From positions 7,670 through 71,669 of the forward strand of contig JBGLNH010000001.1 in the NCBI GenBank assembly GCA_041320535.1: DNA of 64,000 bases, given 5' to 3'. Both the position numbers and the translations under genes were made by a program. This document shows positions 56,293 through 64,000 of the stretch, piece after piece. Within the stretch, counting starts at the first letter, position 1; every line of letters starts with the position of its first letter. The stretch is from Candidatus Aminicenantes bacterium (GTDB lineage Bacteria > Acidobacteriota > Aminicenantia > Aminicenantales > Saccharicenantaceae). The notes beneath the pieces are model-generated. The model was not told the DNA's origin. It searched no databases and was given only the letters and a program-made list of their open reading frames with translations.

Positions 56293-56880
56293 ATGCTTAA
56301 AAAGATGAGAGGTTTCACCCTCATCGAGCTGCTGATCGTCGTGGCGATCATCGGCATCCTGGCTGCCCTTCTTATCCCCAACGCCCTGTCCGCCCTGCAG
56401 AAGGCCAAGCAGAAGTCGGCCATGAAGGAGATCATGACGATCTCCACGGGCGCCACCGACTTCATCACGGACAACGGCGATTGGGAGACCGCGGACCCCG
56501 CAGTCGCGCACGCCGGGCCGATCCAGGCCGCCGGCGACACCTTCGTCGTGGCCATCTCGCCCTTCTACGTCAAGTCCTGCCCGGTCAACGACCCCTGGGG
56601 CAATCCCTATGAGGTCCACCTGGGCGACGACGCGGTCGTGGCCATCCTGACCAACGTCGACGCCGACCAGCTCGGCGGCGAGGACTTCCTGATCTGGAGC
56701 TGGGGCCGCGGCGGCGAGGACGACGGCGGCGACTTCCAGGTCGGCGACTACAATCCCGCCGAGCCTGCCGGCACCCTCTATCTCGTCAACGGCATGGAAG
56801 ACTTCATCAACGACCTGGCTGCCTGGTCGGGCAACTGGATCGTCGCTCCCCGCACGAGCGCTGCCGGCGGCAACGGCTGA
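56293..56880 (+). CDS. type IV pilin / pseudopilin with class III (prepilin) signal
   Basis: MLKKMRG|FTLIELLIVVAIIGILAALLIP (G-1, F+1, E+5). AAGGAGG Shine-Dalgarno upstream. Confidence 0.9.
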   Translation: MLKKMRGFTLIELLIVVAIIGILAALLIPNALSALQKAKQKSAMKEIMTISTGATDFITDNGDWETADPAVAHAGPIQAAGDTFVVAISPFYVKSCPVNDPWGNPYEVHLGDDAVVAILTNVDADQLGGEDFLIWSWGRGGEDDGGDFQVGDYNPAEPAGTLYLVNGMEDFINDLAAWSGNWIVAPRTSAAGGNG

Positions 56881-56907
56881 TCTTAGCGGAACACACAAGC
56901 ACCTGAC

Positions 56908-56938
56908 AAGGGGCGGCTTCGGCCGCCCCTTCTTTTTT
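56908..56938 (+). terminator. rho-independent terminator after the pilin gene
   Basis: AAGGGGCGGC-TTCG-GCCGCCCCTT stem-loop followed by CTTTTTT. Confidence 0.8.
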
Positions 56939-56967
56939 GCCCGCTTTCTCTATATAATCCCCCCGCC

Positions 56968-57738
56968 TTGATACGAAGCGCCGCCGTCGCCCTCTATTTC
57001 CTCCTGGTCGTCCTCCTCCTCACTCCCTTCATCCTCCTCTGCGTCCTCGCCGGCTGGCGCGCCCCCCTCTTCTCCGCCGGGGTCGCCGCGGCCCGCCTGG
57101 CCCGCCGCATCCTGGGCGTCGAGGTCGAGGCCTCGGGGCTCGGGCGGCTCGATCCCCGGACGCCCTATGTCTTCATGCCCAACCACCTGAGCTTCCTCGA
57201 CGGTCCGCTGGTCATGGTCCTCATCCCGGGCGCGCCCCGGGTCATCCTCAAGAGATCCGTTCTCAGCGTGCCCATCGCCGGACTGGCCATGCGCCACGTC
57301 GGGTTCGTGGCGGTCGACCGCAAGGGCGCCGAGGGCGGCAAGCGGAGCATCGCCCGGGCCGCCGCTCTCATGCGCGAGCGGGGCTACTCGTTCCTGATCT
57401 TCCCCGAGGGGACGCGGAGCCGGGACGGCCGGCTGGGGCCATTTCGCCGGGGCGGGTTCTTCCTGGCCCTGGCCGCCGAGGCGCCCATCGTCCCGGTGAC
57501 CGTCCGGGGCACGTTCGAGCTGATGCCCAAGGGGCAGTGGTTCGCCCGCCGGGGCCGGGTCCGCATCCTCTTCCACGACCCGGTCCCCGTCGCCGGGCGC
57601 TCGGCAGTGGACATGCCTCTTATCATGGAGAAGGTTAGGACGGCTATCCTCTCGGGATGCGGCCCGTCAGGGGAGGAAGGGCCCGCGACGAGGGGCGGGG
57701 GCGACACGGCCGATGGCTCGCCGACGGGCAAGAGATGA
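56968..57738 (+). CDS. plsC: 1-acyl-sn-glycerol-3-phosphate acyltransferase
   Basis: NHLSFLDG (HX4D) and FPEGTRS motifs. TTG start. Confidence 0.85.
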   Translation: MIRSAAVALYFLLVVLLLTPFILLCVLAGWRAPLFSAGVAAARLARRILGVEVEASGLGRLDPRTPYVFMPNHLSFLDGPLVMVLIPGAPRVILKRSVLSVPIAGLAMRHVGFVAVDRKGAEGGKRSIARAAALMRERGYSFLIFPEGTRSRDGRLGPFRRGGFFLALAAEAPIVPVTVRGTFELMPKGQWFARRGRVRILFHDPVPVAGRSAVDMPLIMEKVRTAILSGCGPSGEEGPATRGGGDTADGSPTGKR

Positions 57739-57770
57739 GCAGGGCGACGGCCCCCGGGGGAGGACGAACG

Positions 57771-58640
57771 ATGGCCGCGGAACGGAAGGCGCCGAATTTC
57801 GGGGGAATCGACGGAAAAAAAGGTTCTTCTCCGATCTCCGGGATACCCTCTCGAGGCGGGGAGGGAATTCGCCTCGAAGATCCCCGTAGCGGAGGGGGGC
57901 CCGCCGCAGGCGGGGGAACCGACGGGACTGGTTCCCAGGGGGTCCGGGGAACTAGAGGCGATTCCCGACCGGAAGCGCAGAGAGGGACTTCCCGGAAATG
58001 GGAGAAGAACCGGAAAAAAACGGCCTCCGGGATAAAGGCGGTTTCGACGGCGTCGGGCATCCAAGGGTCACCGTCTCCGCGGCCGGACGCCGTCCAGGCC
58101 GACGAGCTTCACGCTATCCTCGAGGCCTTCCTGAGGGACCGCGGCGCGGCCCTCGAAGCGGCGGTCGCGGCCGTCGCGTCGAGCCTCGACGCCGGGGGCA
58201 AGGTCCTCGTCTTCGGCAACGGCGGCAGCGCCGCCGAAGCCCAGCACTTCGCCGCCGAGCTCGTCAACGGCTTGGCCCGGCACGACCGCCCGCCCGTCGC
58301 GGCCCTGGCCCTGACCGCCGACACCGCGTCCCTTACGGCCATCGGCAACGACCGCGGCTTCGCCGAGGTCTTCGGCCGTCAGGTCGAGGCGCTGGGCCGT
58401 CCCGGCGACGTGGCCCTGGCCCTGACGACGAGCGGCGCCTCTCCCGACGTCGTCGAGGGCCTGCGGGCGGCCCGCCGGAAGGGCCTGGTCACGATGGCCC
58501 TGACCGGCGAGGGAGGCGGGGAGGCCGGGCGGCTGGCGGACCACCTTCTCGACGTCCCGTCACGTTCGACGCCCCGCGTCCAGGAAGCGCACCTCTTCAT
58601 CCTCCACCTCATGGCCGCCCGGCTCGAATCGGCGCGCTGA
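57771..58640 (+). CDS. gmhA: phosphoheptose isomerase (SIS domain, GmhA-like) with a repeat-encoded N-terminal extension
   Basis: SIS motifs GKVLVFGNGGSAAEAQHFAAELV, TAIGND, TTSGASP and RVQEAH from about 58090. The only in-frame canonical start with a Shine-Dalgarno (GGAGGA 57759-57764) is ATG 57771, upstream of repeat copy B. Confidence 0.75.
   Translation: MAAERKAPNFGGIDGKKGSSPISGIPSRGGEGIRLEDPRSGGGPAAGGGTDGTGSQGVRGTRGDSRPEAQRGTSRKWEKNRKKTASGIKAVSTASGIQGSPSPRPDAVQADELHAILEAFLRDRGAALEAAVAAVASSLDAGGKVLVFGNGGSAAEAQHFAAELVNGLARHDRPPVAALALTADTASLTAIGNDRGFAEVFGRQVEALGRPGDVALALTTSGASPDVVEGLRAARRKGLVTMALTGEGGGEAGRLADHLLDVPSRSTPRVQEAHLFILHLMAARLESAR
57812..58020 (+). mobile_element. hairpin-rich repeat copy B with MITE-like termini
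   Basis: GGTTCTTCTCC (57822-57832) and its exact reverse complement GGAGAAGAACC (58001-58011), bracketed by CGGAAAAAAA at 57812-57821 and 58011-58020. Core 57837-57996 matches copy A. Confidence 0.7.
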
Positions 58641-58661
58641 AGCGTCTCCAGCCCCTCAAAA

Positions 58662-58855
58662 GATCAAAGGGTTCTCTCATTGACCATGGGCTTCAGCTGG
58701 ATGATCGGCCAGGAGCTCAAGGCGCGTGTCGGGACATGGACCGCCCCGGTACGTGCCCCATAGACCTCACCCGGAAACACTTACTGGAAGTCCATGTCCC
58801 CGGTCCCTGGGCCATCTGCACCACACAAGATCGAAGAGAACCGATCAAGGTTCTT
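58662..58855. repeat. nested inverted-repeat element in a non-coding, lower-GC stretch
   Basis: Inner 11-bp inverted repeat GGGACATGGAC (58731-58741) / GTCCATGTCCC (58790-58800). Outer GGTTCTCT (58670-58677) / AGAGAACC (58835-58842). GATCAA at both outer flanks. Confidence 0.35.
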
Positions 58856-58904
58856 GTCCCTACCCCGGGCCGCCTCGATTCGTGAAGAGTTCAGGCTAGA
58901 AAGC

Positions 58905-59000
58905 GGGGGGAGTTGCCTCGACGATTCGGGTCCGTGGAGGGGGATGCGGCGGGGAGGGGAGTTCTCACCCTGAGCCGGAACCCGAGAGAGAAACCTCGCA
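58905..59000 (+). repeat. degenerate or internally deleted relative of the repeat family (copy D)
   Basis: Shares ...ttgcctcgacgat... and ...accctgagccggaacccgagagag... with copy A but lacks the central hairpins. Confidence 0.4.
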
Positions 59001-59093
59001 GAGGGCTCGGAGCGACAGGCGTGTTTCAGCTTAGGAGAAGCAGTACTCTGGGCGGCGAGACGGGACGGAAAGATCAGATGACTTGGCCCCGGG

Positions 59094-59711
59094 TCAGCGC
59101 TCGGGCTGCGCCGTTCTCTTCTTGGCCGCGGCGCCCTTGGCCATCTGGGCCTCGATCCGGGCCTGCTGGGCCTGGGCCTTGACCAGACGCTGGTTGGTAT
59201 CGTCGAGCTGCTGCTGGATGACGTAGCCGGGGACCATGGCGTCCTGGAACTCGAACTGCTGGCGCAGGGCGTTCATCTTGGTCGTCAGGAGGTCGACCAG
59301 GTCCTTGGCCGCTTCGAGCTGGGCCTCGAGGGAGCCGCCCGGGCCTTCCTGGTCGCGGTTGGCCTCGCCGGTGATGAGCGGGCCTTCAGGGCCGACCTTG
59401 GGGACAATGCGGCGGCCCGAAGGGGCTCCGGACCCCGAAGGCAGGCTGACCCCTTCTTCCCCGGATACGCTCGAGGGCTCGATCGCGTCTTCGCCCAGGG
59501 CCTCGTCCGCGATCTCCGGCTCGGGCTCGACGATCTGGATGGCCGGCGCCTTCTGGACGCGCAGGAGGTCGGCGTTCCTGATGACCGCGGCGCTCCTGCC
59601 CCTGAGGGCCTCGCGGCGGGCCTTTTCCTTCTTGGCCAGCTCAGCCAGCGACTGGGCGCCGAGCGAGGCGGCGAGTCCCAGGACGGCGATGAATACGAGC
59701 GTTCTCTTCAT
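59094..59711 (-). CDS. hypothetical secreted coiled-coil protein
   Basis: 205 aa. Signal MKRTLVFIAVLGLAASLGAQS and Gln/Ala-rich heptad regions. Downstream of the PilY1-like gene. Confidence 0.5.
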   Translation of the reverse strand: MKRTLVFIAVLGLAASLGAQSLAELAKKEKARREALRGRSAAVIRNADLLRVQKAPAIQIVEPEPEIADEALGEDAIEPSSVSGEEGVSLPSGSGAPSGRRIVPKVGPEGPLITGEANRDQEGPGGSLEAQLEAAKDLVDLLTTKMNALRQQFEFQDAMVPGYVIQQQLDDTNQRLVKAQAQQARIEAQMAKGAAAKKRTAQPER

Positions 59712-59735
59712 GTTGGACCCTGTCCCATTATCTCC

Positions 59736-59770
59736 CCCCTTCCGCCGCGTGTCAAACGCGGCGGAAGGGG
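59736..59770 (-). promoter_or_regulatory. 14-bp perfect intercistronic hairpin
   Basis: CCCCTTCCGCCGCG (59736-59749), 7-nt loop, CGCGGCGGAAGGGG (59757-59770). Lies between the PilY1-like stop and the next start, with no U-tract. Confidence 0.4.
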
Positions 59771-59784
59771 GCTCGACGTTGCTT

Positions 59785-62700
59785 TTACCAGATGATCCTG
59801 TAGACCTCGCGCCAGGACTTGATCCGCAGGAGCGACCCGATGGGCTGCTCCAGCTTCTCCAGGGTCGAGTCGTATTCCTGGACGTAGATCTCGCGCTTGT
59901 TGACCCGGCCGGCGACGCGCTCGGCCTCGCCGACCGTAACGGCCCGGCGGGCCTTGCTGATGAGGTCGAGGTACTCGGGCGGCGTCCCCGAGGTCGTCTT
60001 GAAGGCCGTGCCGCCGACCGGGATCATCGACGTGTAACGGACGTAGCGGGCGTAGAGCCGGCCGGCGTCGCCCAGGTTGACGCAGGGGTTGACGGCCTCG
60101 ATGCTGCCGCGCAGGGTGCTGAAGTAGACGACCTGGTCGGCGATGACCGGGTCGGCCCAGACCTTGCTGCCGAGCCCGAGATCGCCCCGCTGGTAGCTCG
60201 AGCTCAGATCGAGGCGCGCGGGGACGCCGAGATACCATTCGACCGAAACGGCGTTGCCGCCGTTGTCGATGAGACCGACGAACGAGTAGTCCCGGTCGGC
60301 GGGCGCTGCGTCGTCGCCGCCTGTCCCGAAGTAGACCCGGGCCCGGGCCGGGCCGCCCTCCAGGGGATCGACCCAGACGGCCGGCCTGGTGACGATCGGG
60401 TAGTAGAGGTAATCGGTGTAGATGGCCGAGAGGTTCCACTGGCCGGCGTTCGTGCCCCGGACGTCGACGCGGTAGAGGCGCCCGTCGAGGTCGCCGACGT
60501 AGACCGAGTCGAGGAAGCCGTCCCGGTCGAGGTCGACGGCGGTTGGCGAGCCGGGGATGGTGGCCACGATATTGGGGTATCGATAGGCCGAACGGGCCCC
60601 GCCCAGGCTCGACGTGTCGATCGGGGAGATCGCGGCCGTGTATTGGAGGACGGTGCCGTCGCCCACGCGGACGGCGTAGAACCTGCGGCCGAGAGGATAG
60701 GTGCTGGACCTGACGTTGTCGTATCCGGAGCCCATGAAGGCCACCCATGTGGCGACTCCCCCGGGGTTGGCCTTGCCGATGGCCGGCGTCGACCAGGTCT
60801 CTCCCATGGTCGGGTAGGTCCGGTTGCCGGACCTGTAGGTGTGCGTGAGCTCCCAGAGCGGCTGTGGATCGGTCGGGTCGGTGACGTCGAGGGCCCAGTA
60901 GTAGTTCACGGCACCGGCGACGTTGCCGCTCCCGATCGTGCTGCCGCTGCCCGGCCCCTGGCCGGTGATGAGGACCGTCCGCCAGGAGCCGTTGATCTGG
61001 ACGTCGGCGACGGCCGGCGTGCCGTCGCAGTAGACGTCGTGGGCGTAGAAGCGGCTGTTGTTCGCGGCGTCGACGGCGTACATGTTCCTGAGCTTGGGCA
61101 GGAGGTTGAACGGGATGAAACCCCACAGCTCATCGCCCGTGGCGGCGTCGAAGCAGTGGAGCATGCCGTCGTTGGCCCCGACGTAGATGACCTTCGGCCG
61201 CGCGGCGTAGGCCGTCCTGAACTCGGCGTAGCCCGTGCCCATGTAGGCCGCGTCCTCCGACGGCGGCCCGACGACGACCGGGGTCGAGTGGTTGATGTCG
61301 CCCAGCCGCCAGTAACGGTCGGCCCCGCGGACGAAGTCGATCAGGCCGGCGTTGTTGTTCTGGAAATCGTTGAGGTAGGGGGCCAGGGTGGCGACATTGG
61401 CCCGCCTGAATTCGACCCGGTTGGGAGGGTTGACGGGCGGATTGCCCGGCCGGACGGCCGCGTAGATCGTCCGGGCATCGGGATCGCGGTCCTGGAGCAG
61501 CTGCCCGGCGTCCCAGAAGACCTCGGCCCCCTCGATCAGTGTCCGCCCGGTCGCGGCGTCGAGGTCCGAAGTGGTGATGGTCTGGAGCTCTGAGGTGGCC
61601 GAGGCGGTGAAGGCGACGGCCGAGACGTCGTAGGCCCGGATCTGTCCCTCCCAGCCCGGGAAGACGAAGGACGAGCCGATGACCAGCTTCTTGTTGAGGC
61701 CGCTCGAAGTGACGATGGTCGCGGCGGCCGAGGCGCGGGAGTACTCCCGGCGGTCGACATAGATGAACTCGATCTCGAGGGCCCCGACGTAGGGGGTCTC
61801 GAACGAGGCGTTCTGGTAGTCGGCCATAAGGTCCTCCTCGGCGGTCAGGACGATCCGCCAGCGGAGGTCGGCCCCGAAGTTCTTGAAGTCGTACCAGGGC
61901 AGGTTCGACGCCGGGACGATCCCGGCGTCGGAGAACGTCTGATAGGTCTCCCAGCTCCGGCCGCCGTTGTTGGAGAAGAGCAGCTCGACGGCCAGGCCGG
62001 CGCTCGAGCCGCCGAAAACGCCTTGGCGGATGGAGCTCACGCGGACGCGGGTGATGGCGTGGAGCCGGGGGTCGAGGAAGCCCTGGCCGATGTTGGTCGA
62101 CTGGGCCCGGCCGTAGAGTTCGTAGACGTTGGCCAGCTCGTTCTCGATGTAGTAGTAGTCGCCCGAGTGGTTGGCGTCGGCGATGACGATGTCCATGTCC
62201 CCGTCGAAGTCGTAGTCGAGGGGCGTGGCCATGTCGATGTCGTACGGCGAGGGGGTCGGGGACTGGCAGGCGTTGAGGCACTGGAAGAGCCAGTCGACCT
62301 CGCCGGCGACGACGCCGCGGTTGCGCAGGAACCAGATGCGGGACTGGGTCGTCCCGCCGCGGTAGGCCCGGTCGGTGGCCACGAAGATGTCCGGCCGGCC
62401 GTCGCCGGTGAAATCGTCGGTCATGATGCCGACCGTGCCGACGCAGGTCGCGTCGGGGATGGCGATCTCGTTGCGGGTGAATTGGCCGGTGCCGTCGTTC
62501 TCGTAATAGACGAGGAAGGCGGCCGTTCCGACCGAGCCGGCGACCACGTCGAGGTCGCCGTCGCCGTCGAAGTCGCCGGCGGCCACGGCCGACCCGCCGG
62601 GCAGGCCGGCGTAGCCCGTTCGGGCGTCGTAGGAAAGCTCGGCGACGTCCCAGGCGGCCAGGTTGAAGTTCCCGGCCCCGGGATTCCTCAAGAGGAAGAT

Positions 62701-63474
62701 CTGGTCCCGGCTGATGGCCAGGATGTCGATGTCGCCGTCCCGGTCGAGGTCCACGGAGTGGAGGTGGTTGGCCGCCCAGTAGAGGTAGATCGGGACGGCC
62801 TGGAAGCGGGCCGTGAAATCGAGGTTGGGGAAGGCGTTGTATTGCTTGAAGTCGGGGTCGTCGGCCGTGCCCGTGTTGATGTACATGGCGGCCAGGAAAT
62901 TGGTGTAGCCGTACTGGTCGGACGAGTTGCGCATGTAGAAGAAGTCGAGCAGCCCGTCGCCGTTGTAGTCGCCGACCGTGAGCGAGGCCGGGCCGGTGTG
63001 GTTGTTCCACCGGTCGTAGGAGGTCGACATGTCGACTCCGAAGAGCGGCGTCGCGCCCGCGTTCGCGGGATAGAGGTTGCGGATGAGCCGGAGCTCGGAC
63101 CAGGGCTGGCCGGCGACGACGGGGAACTCGCCGCTGATGTCGAGGCCGACGAGGTCGGGGTAGCCGTCGTTGTCGAAGTCGCCCGAGGCGCACTGGTAGA
63201 TCCGGCGGCCCATCCTGTCGGCGGCGCCGACGACGAAGTTCGAGCCCAGGCGCGGCAGCGTGATCGGCCCCGAGGGCCAGTTGGCGACGGAGCTGGCCGC
63301 CATGTCCTTGTAATTGGTCGTGCCGAAGTTCTCCCCGAAGGCCCGCGTGTATTCCGTGCAGGCCTGGACGGCCTGCGGCCAGAGGCGCGGCGCGAGGACG
63401 GCCGCGGCCACGGCGACCGCGAGACAGGCGAGAACGGCAAGGCTCCCTTGGCGCGTCAAGCCTTTGTTCTTCAT
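59785..63474 (-). CDS. PilY1-like pilus tip adhesin with N-terminal FG-GAP/VCBS beta-propeller
   Basis: 1229 aa with a signal peptide. At least six DxDxDG-type repeats (GDFDNDGYPDLV, GDYNGDGLLDFF, DLDRDGDIDIL, GDFDGDGDLDVV, DDFTGDGRPDIF, YDFDGDMDIVI). C-terminal PilY1 signatures NDGMLHCFDAATGDELWGFIP and DLDRDGFLDSVYVGDLDGRLYRVD. Confidence 0.85.
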   Translation of the reverse strand: MKNKGLTRQGSLAVLACLAVAVAAAVLAPRLWPQAVQACTEYTRAFGENFGTTNYKDMAASSVANWPSGPITLPRLGSNFVVGAADRMGRRIYQCASGDFDNDGYPDLVGLDISGEFPVVAGQPWSELRLIRNLYPANAGATPLFGVDMSTSYDRWNNHTGPASLTVGDYNGDGLLDFFYMRNSSDQYGYTNFLAAMYINTGTADDPDFKQYNAFPNLDFTARFQAVPIYLYWAANHLHSVDLDRDGDIDILAISRDQIFLLRNPGAGNFNLAAWDVAELSYDARTGYAGLPGGSAVAAGDFDGDGDLDVVAGSVGTAAFLVYYENDGTGQFTRNEIAIPDATCVGTVGIMTDDFTGDGRPDIFVATDRAYRGGTTQSRIWFLRNRGVVAGEVDWLFQCLNACQSPTPSPYDIDMATPLDYDFDGDMDIVIADANHSGDYYYIENELANVYELYGRAQSTNIGQGFLDPRLHAITRVRVSSIRQGVFGGSSAGLAVELLFSNNGGRSWETYQTFSDAGIVPASNLPWYDFKNFGADLRWRIVLTAEEDLMADYQNASFETPYVGALEIEFIYVDRREYSRASAAATIVTSSGLNKKLVIGSSFVFPGWEGQIRAYDVSAVAFTASATSELQTITTSDLDAATGRTLIEGAEVFWDAGQLLQDRDPDARTIYAAVRPGNPPVNPPNRVEFRRANVATLAPYLNDFQNNNAGLIDFVRGADRYWRLGDINHSTPVVVGPPSEDAAYMGTGYAEFRTAYAARPKVIYVGANDGMLHCFDAATGDELWGFIPFNLLPKLRNMYAVDAANNSRFYAHDVYCDGTPAVADVQINGSWRTVLITGQGPGSGSTIGSGNVAGAVNYYWALDVTDPTDPQPLWELTHTYRSGNRTYPTMGETWSTPAIGKANPGGVATWVAFMGSGYDNVRSSTYPLGRRFYAVRVGDGTVLQYTAAISPIDTSSLGGARSAYRYPNIVATIPGSPTAVDLDRDGFLDSVYVGDLDGRLYRVDVRGTNAGQWNLSAIYTDYLYYPIVTRPAVWVDPLEGGPARARVYFGTGGDDAAPADRDYSFVGLIDNGGNAVSVEWYLGVPARLDLSSSYQRGDLGLGSKVWADPVIADQVVYFSTLRGSIEAVNPCVNLGDAGRLYARYVRYTSMIPVGGTAFKTTSGTPPEYLDLISKARRAVTVGEAERVAGRVNKREIYVQEYDSTLEKLEQPIGSLLRIKSWREVYRIIW

Positions 63475-63497
63475 GGCGATTCCCCTTTCGGCGGGTC

Positions 63498-64000
63498 TCA
63501 GGACCCAACCTCGATGACGATCTCGAGACGTTTGAAGGTGTTCCGCGGCCCCCGGCCGATGCAGACCAGGATGCAGTCCCGGTCGTCGGCGGCGATCGTC
63601 CCCGGGGCCTCGTCGTTGATGAGGAAGACCGTGAACGAGCAGCGCGGGTCGGTGGCCAGCGGCTCGGAGCTGAACAGGGCCGGGTTGGCCGCCGTGTTGT
63701 CCGCTTCGACGTCGGCGACGAGCTGCTCGTCGGTCAGGCTCCGGAAATAATTCGGGCTGGCCGGGTCGTCGAGGCCCGGGGCGCCCGCGAAGTTCGTCCG
63801 GTACTGGGCGCCGAAGTCCGACGTCACGCGGTTGAGGAAATTGTCGTTGAGGACGATCCAGGCGGCGTTGAAGCCGGATTCGGCGGCGTCGAAGGCCATG
63901 CTCTGGAGCCTCATGCTGTCGGCGGCCTTGGGGCTGGTGCCCGTGACGGTCACCAGGAGCATGCCCACGGCCAGCATGAAGGCCACGATCATGATGATGA
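63498..64000 (-). CDS. PilX-like minor pilin/pilus assembly protein; 5' end beyond the right window edge
   Basis: The frame stays open to the window end (...IIMIVAFMLAVGMLLVTV hydrophobic N-terminal helix). Sits immediately upstream of the PilY1-like gene. Confidence 0.5.
   Translation of the reverse strand, partial: IIMIVAFMLAVGMLLVTVTGTSPKAADSMRLQSMAFDAAESGFNAAWIVLNDNFLNRVTSDFGAQYRTNFAGAPGLDDPASPNYFRSLTDEQLVADVEADNTAANPALFSSEPLATDPRCSFTVFLINDEAPGTIAADDRDCILVCIGRGPRNTFKRLEIVIEVGS

Noticed and set aside
57998-58885. 295-aa ORF starting at an ATG inside repeat copy B.
   Set aside because: It is out of frame with the SIS domain and yields an Arg/Gly/Pro-rich product. It is a shadow of gmhA.
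28196-59000. Whether the dispersed repeats could be a CRISPR array or a tandem array.
   Set aside because: The copies are tens of kb apart, in both orientations and about 160 nt long. There are no regular short repeat-spacer units and no cas genes.

Overview
High-GC (by eye roughly two-thirds G+C), densely coding bacterial chromosome segment with no rRNA, CRISPR array, transposase, integrase or phage genes. It covers the replication-origin neighbourhood: dnaA-dnaN, three clustered DnaA-box-like 9-mers and an AT-rich spacer.

Housekeeping genes include rpmF-plsX, polA, rpmB, relA/spoT, and the run ispE-tRNA-Gln-prs-rplY-pth-rpsF-rpsR.

Two type IV pilus / T2SS-like gene sets are present:
- 1.6-9.1 kb: a pilC-pilB-pilMNOP-secretin operon, next to a PDZ sensor kinase and a sigma-54 regulator.
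- 53-64 kb: PilS/PilR-like regulators, a sigma-54-driven prepilin, and PilX/PilY1-like genes.

Energy and other metabolism:
- An 11-gene Mrp/Mbh-type group 4 [NiFe]-hydrogenase locus (29.7-39.1 kb) keeps both Ni-Fe Cys motifs.
- A NuoE/F/G-like flavoprotein trio lies at 19.5-23.2 kb.
- Also present are AOR-MoaD, speH, lrp-glnA, an M1 aminopeptidase and a Memo-AMMECR1 fusion.

The most unusual non-genic content is a hairpin-rich 160-200 nt intergenic repeat family with at least three full copies plus degenerate ones. One copy has perfect 11-bp terminal inverted repeats and a 10-bp flanking direct repeat, which is MITE-like. That copy is read through by the only canonical-start ORF for gmhA.

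Several gene-structure anomalies are visible directly in the sequence:
- A frameshifted secretin gene.
- A breakpoint at about 23200 where a NuoG-like gene and an SDR gene are both truncated head-on.
- polA with no canonical start codon.
- The ribosomal protein L9 N-domain fused in frame to a PilS-like histidine kinase across a palindromic, low-GC junction.

Many very long ORFs in the track are antisense or alternate-frame artefacts of the high GC content.
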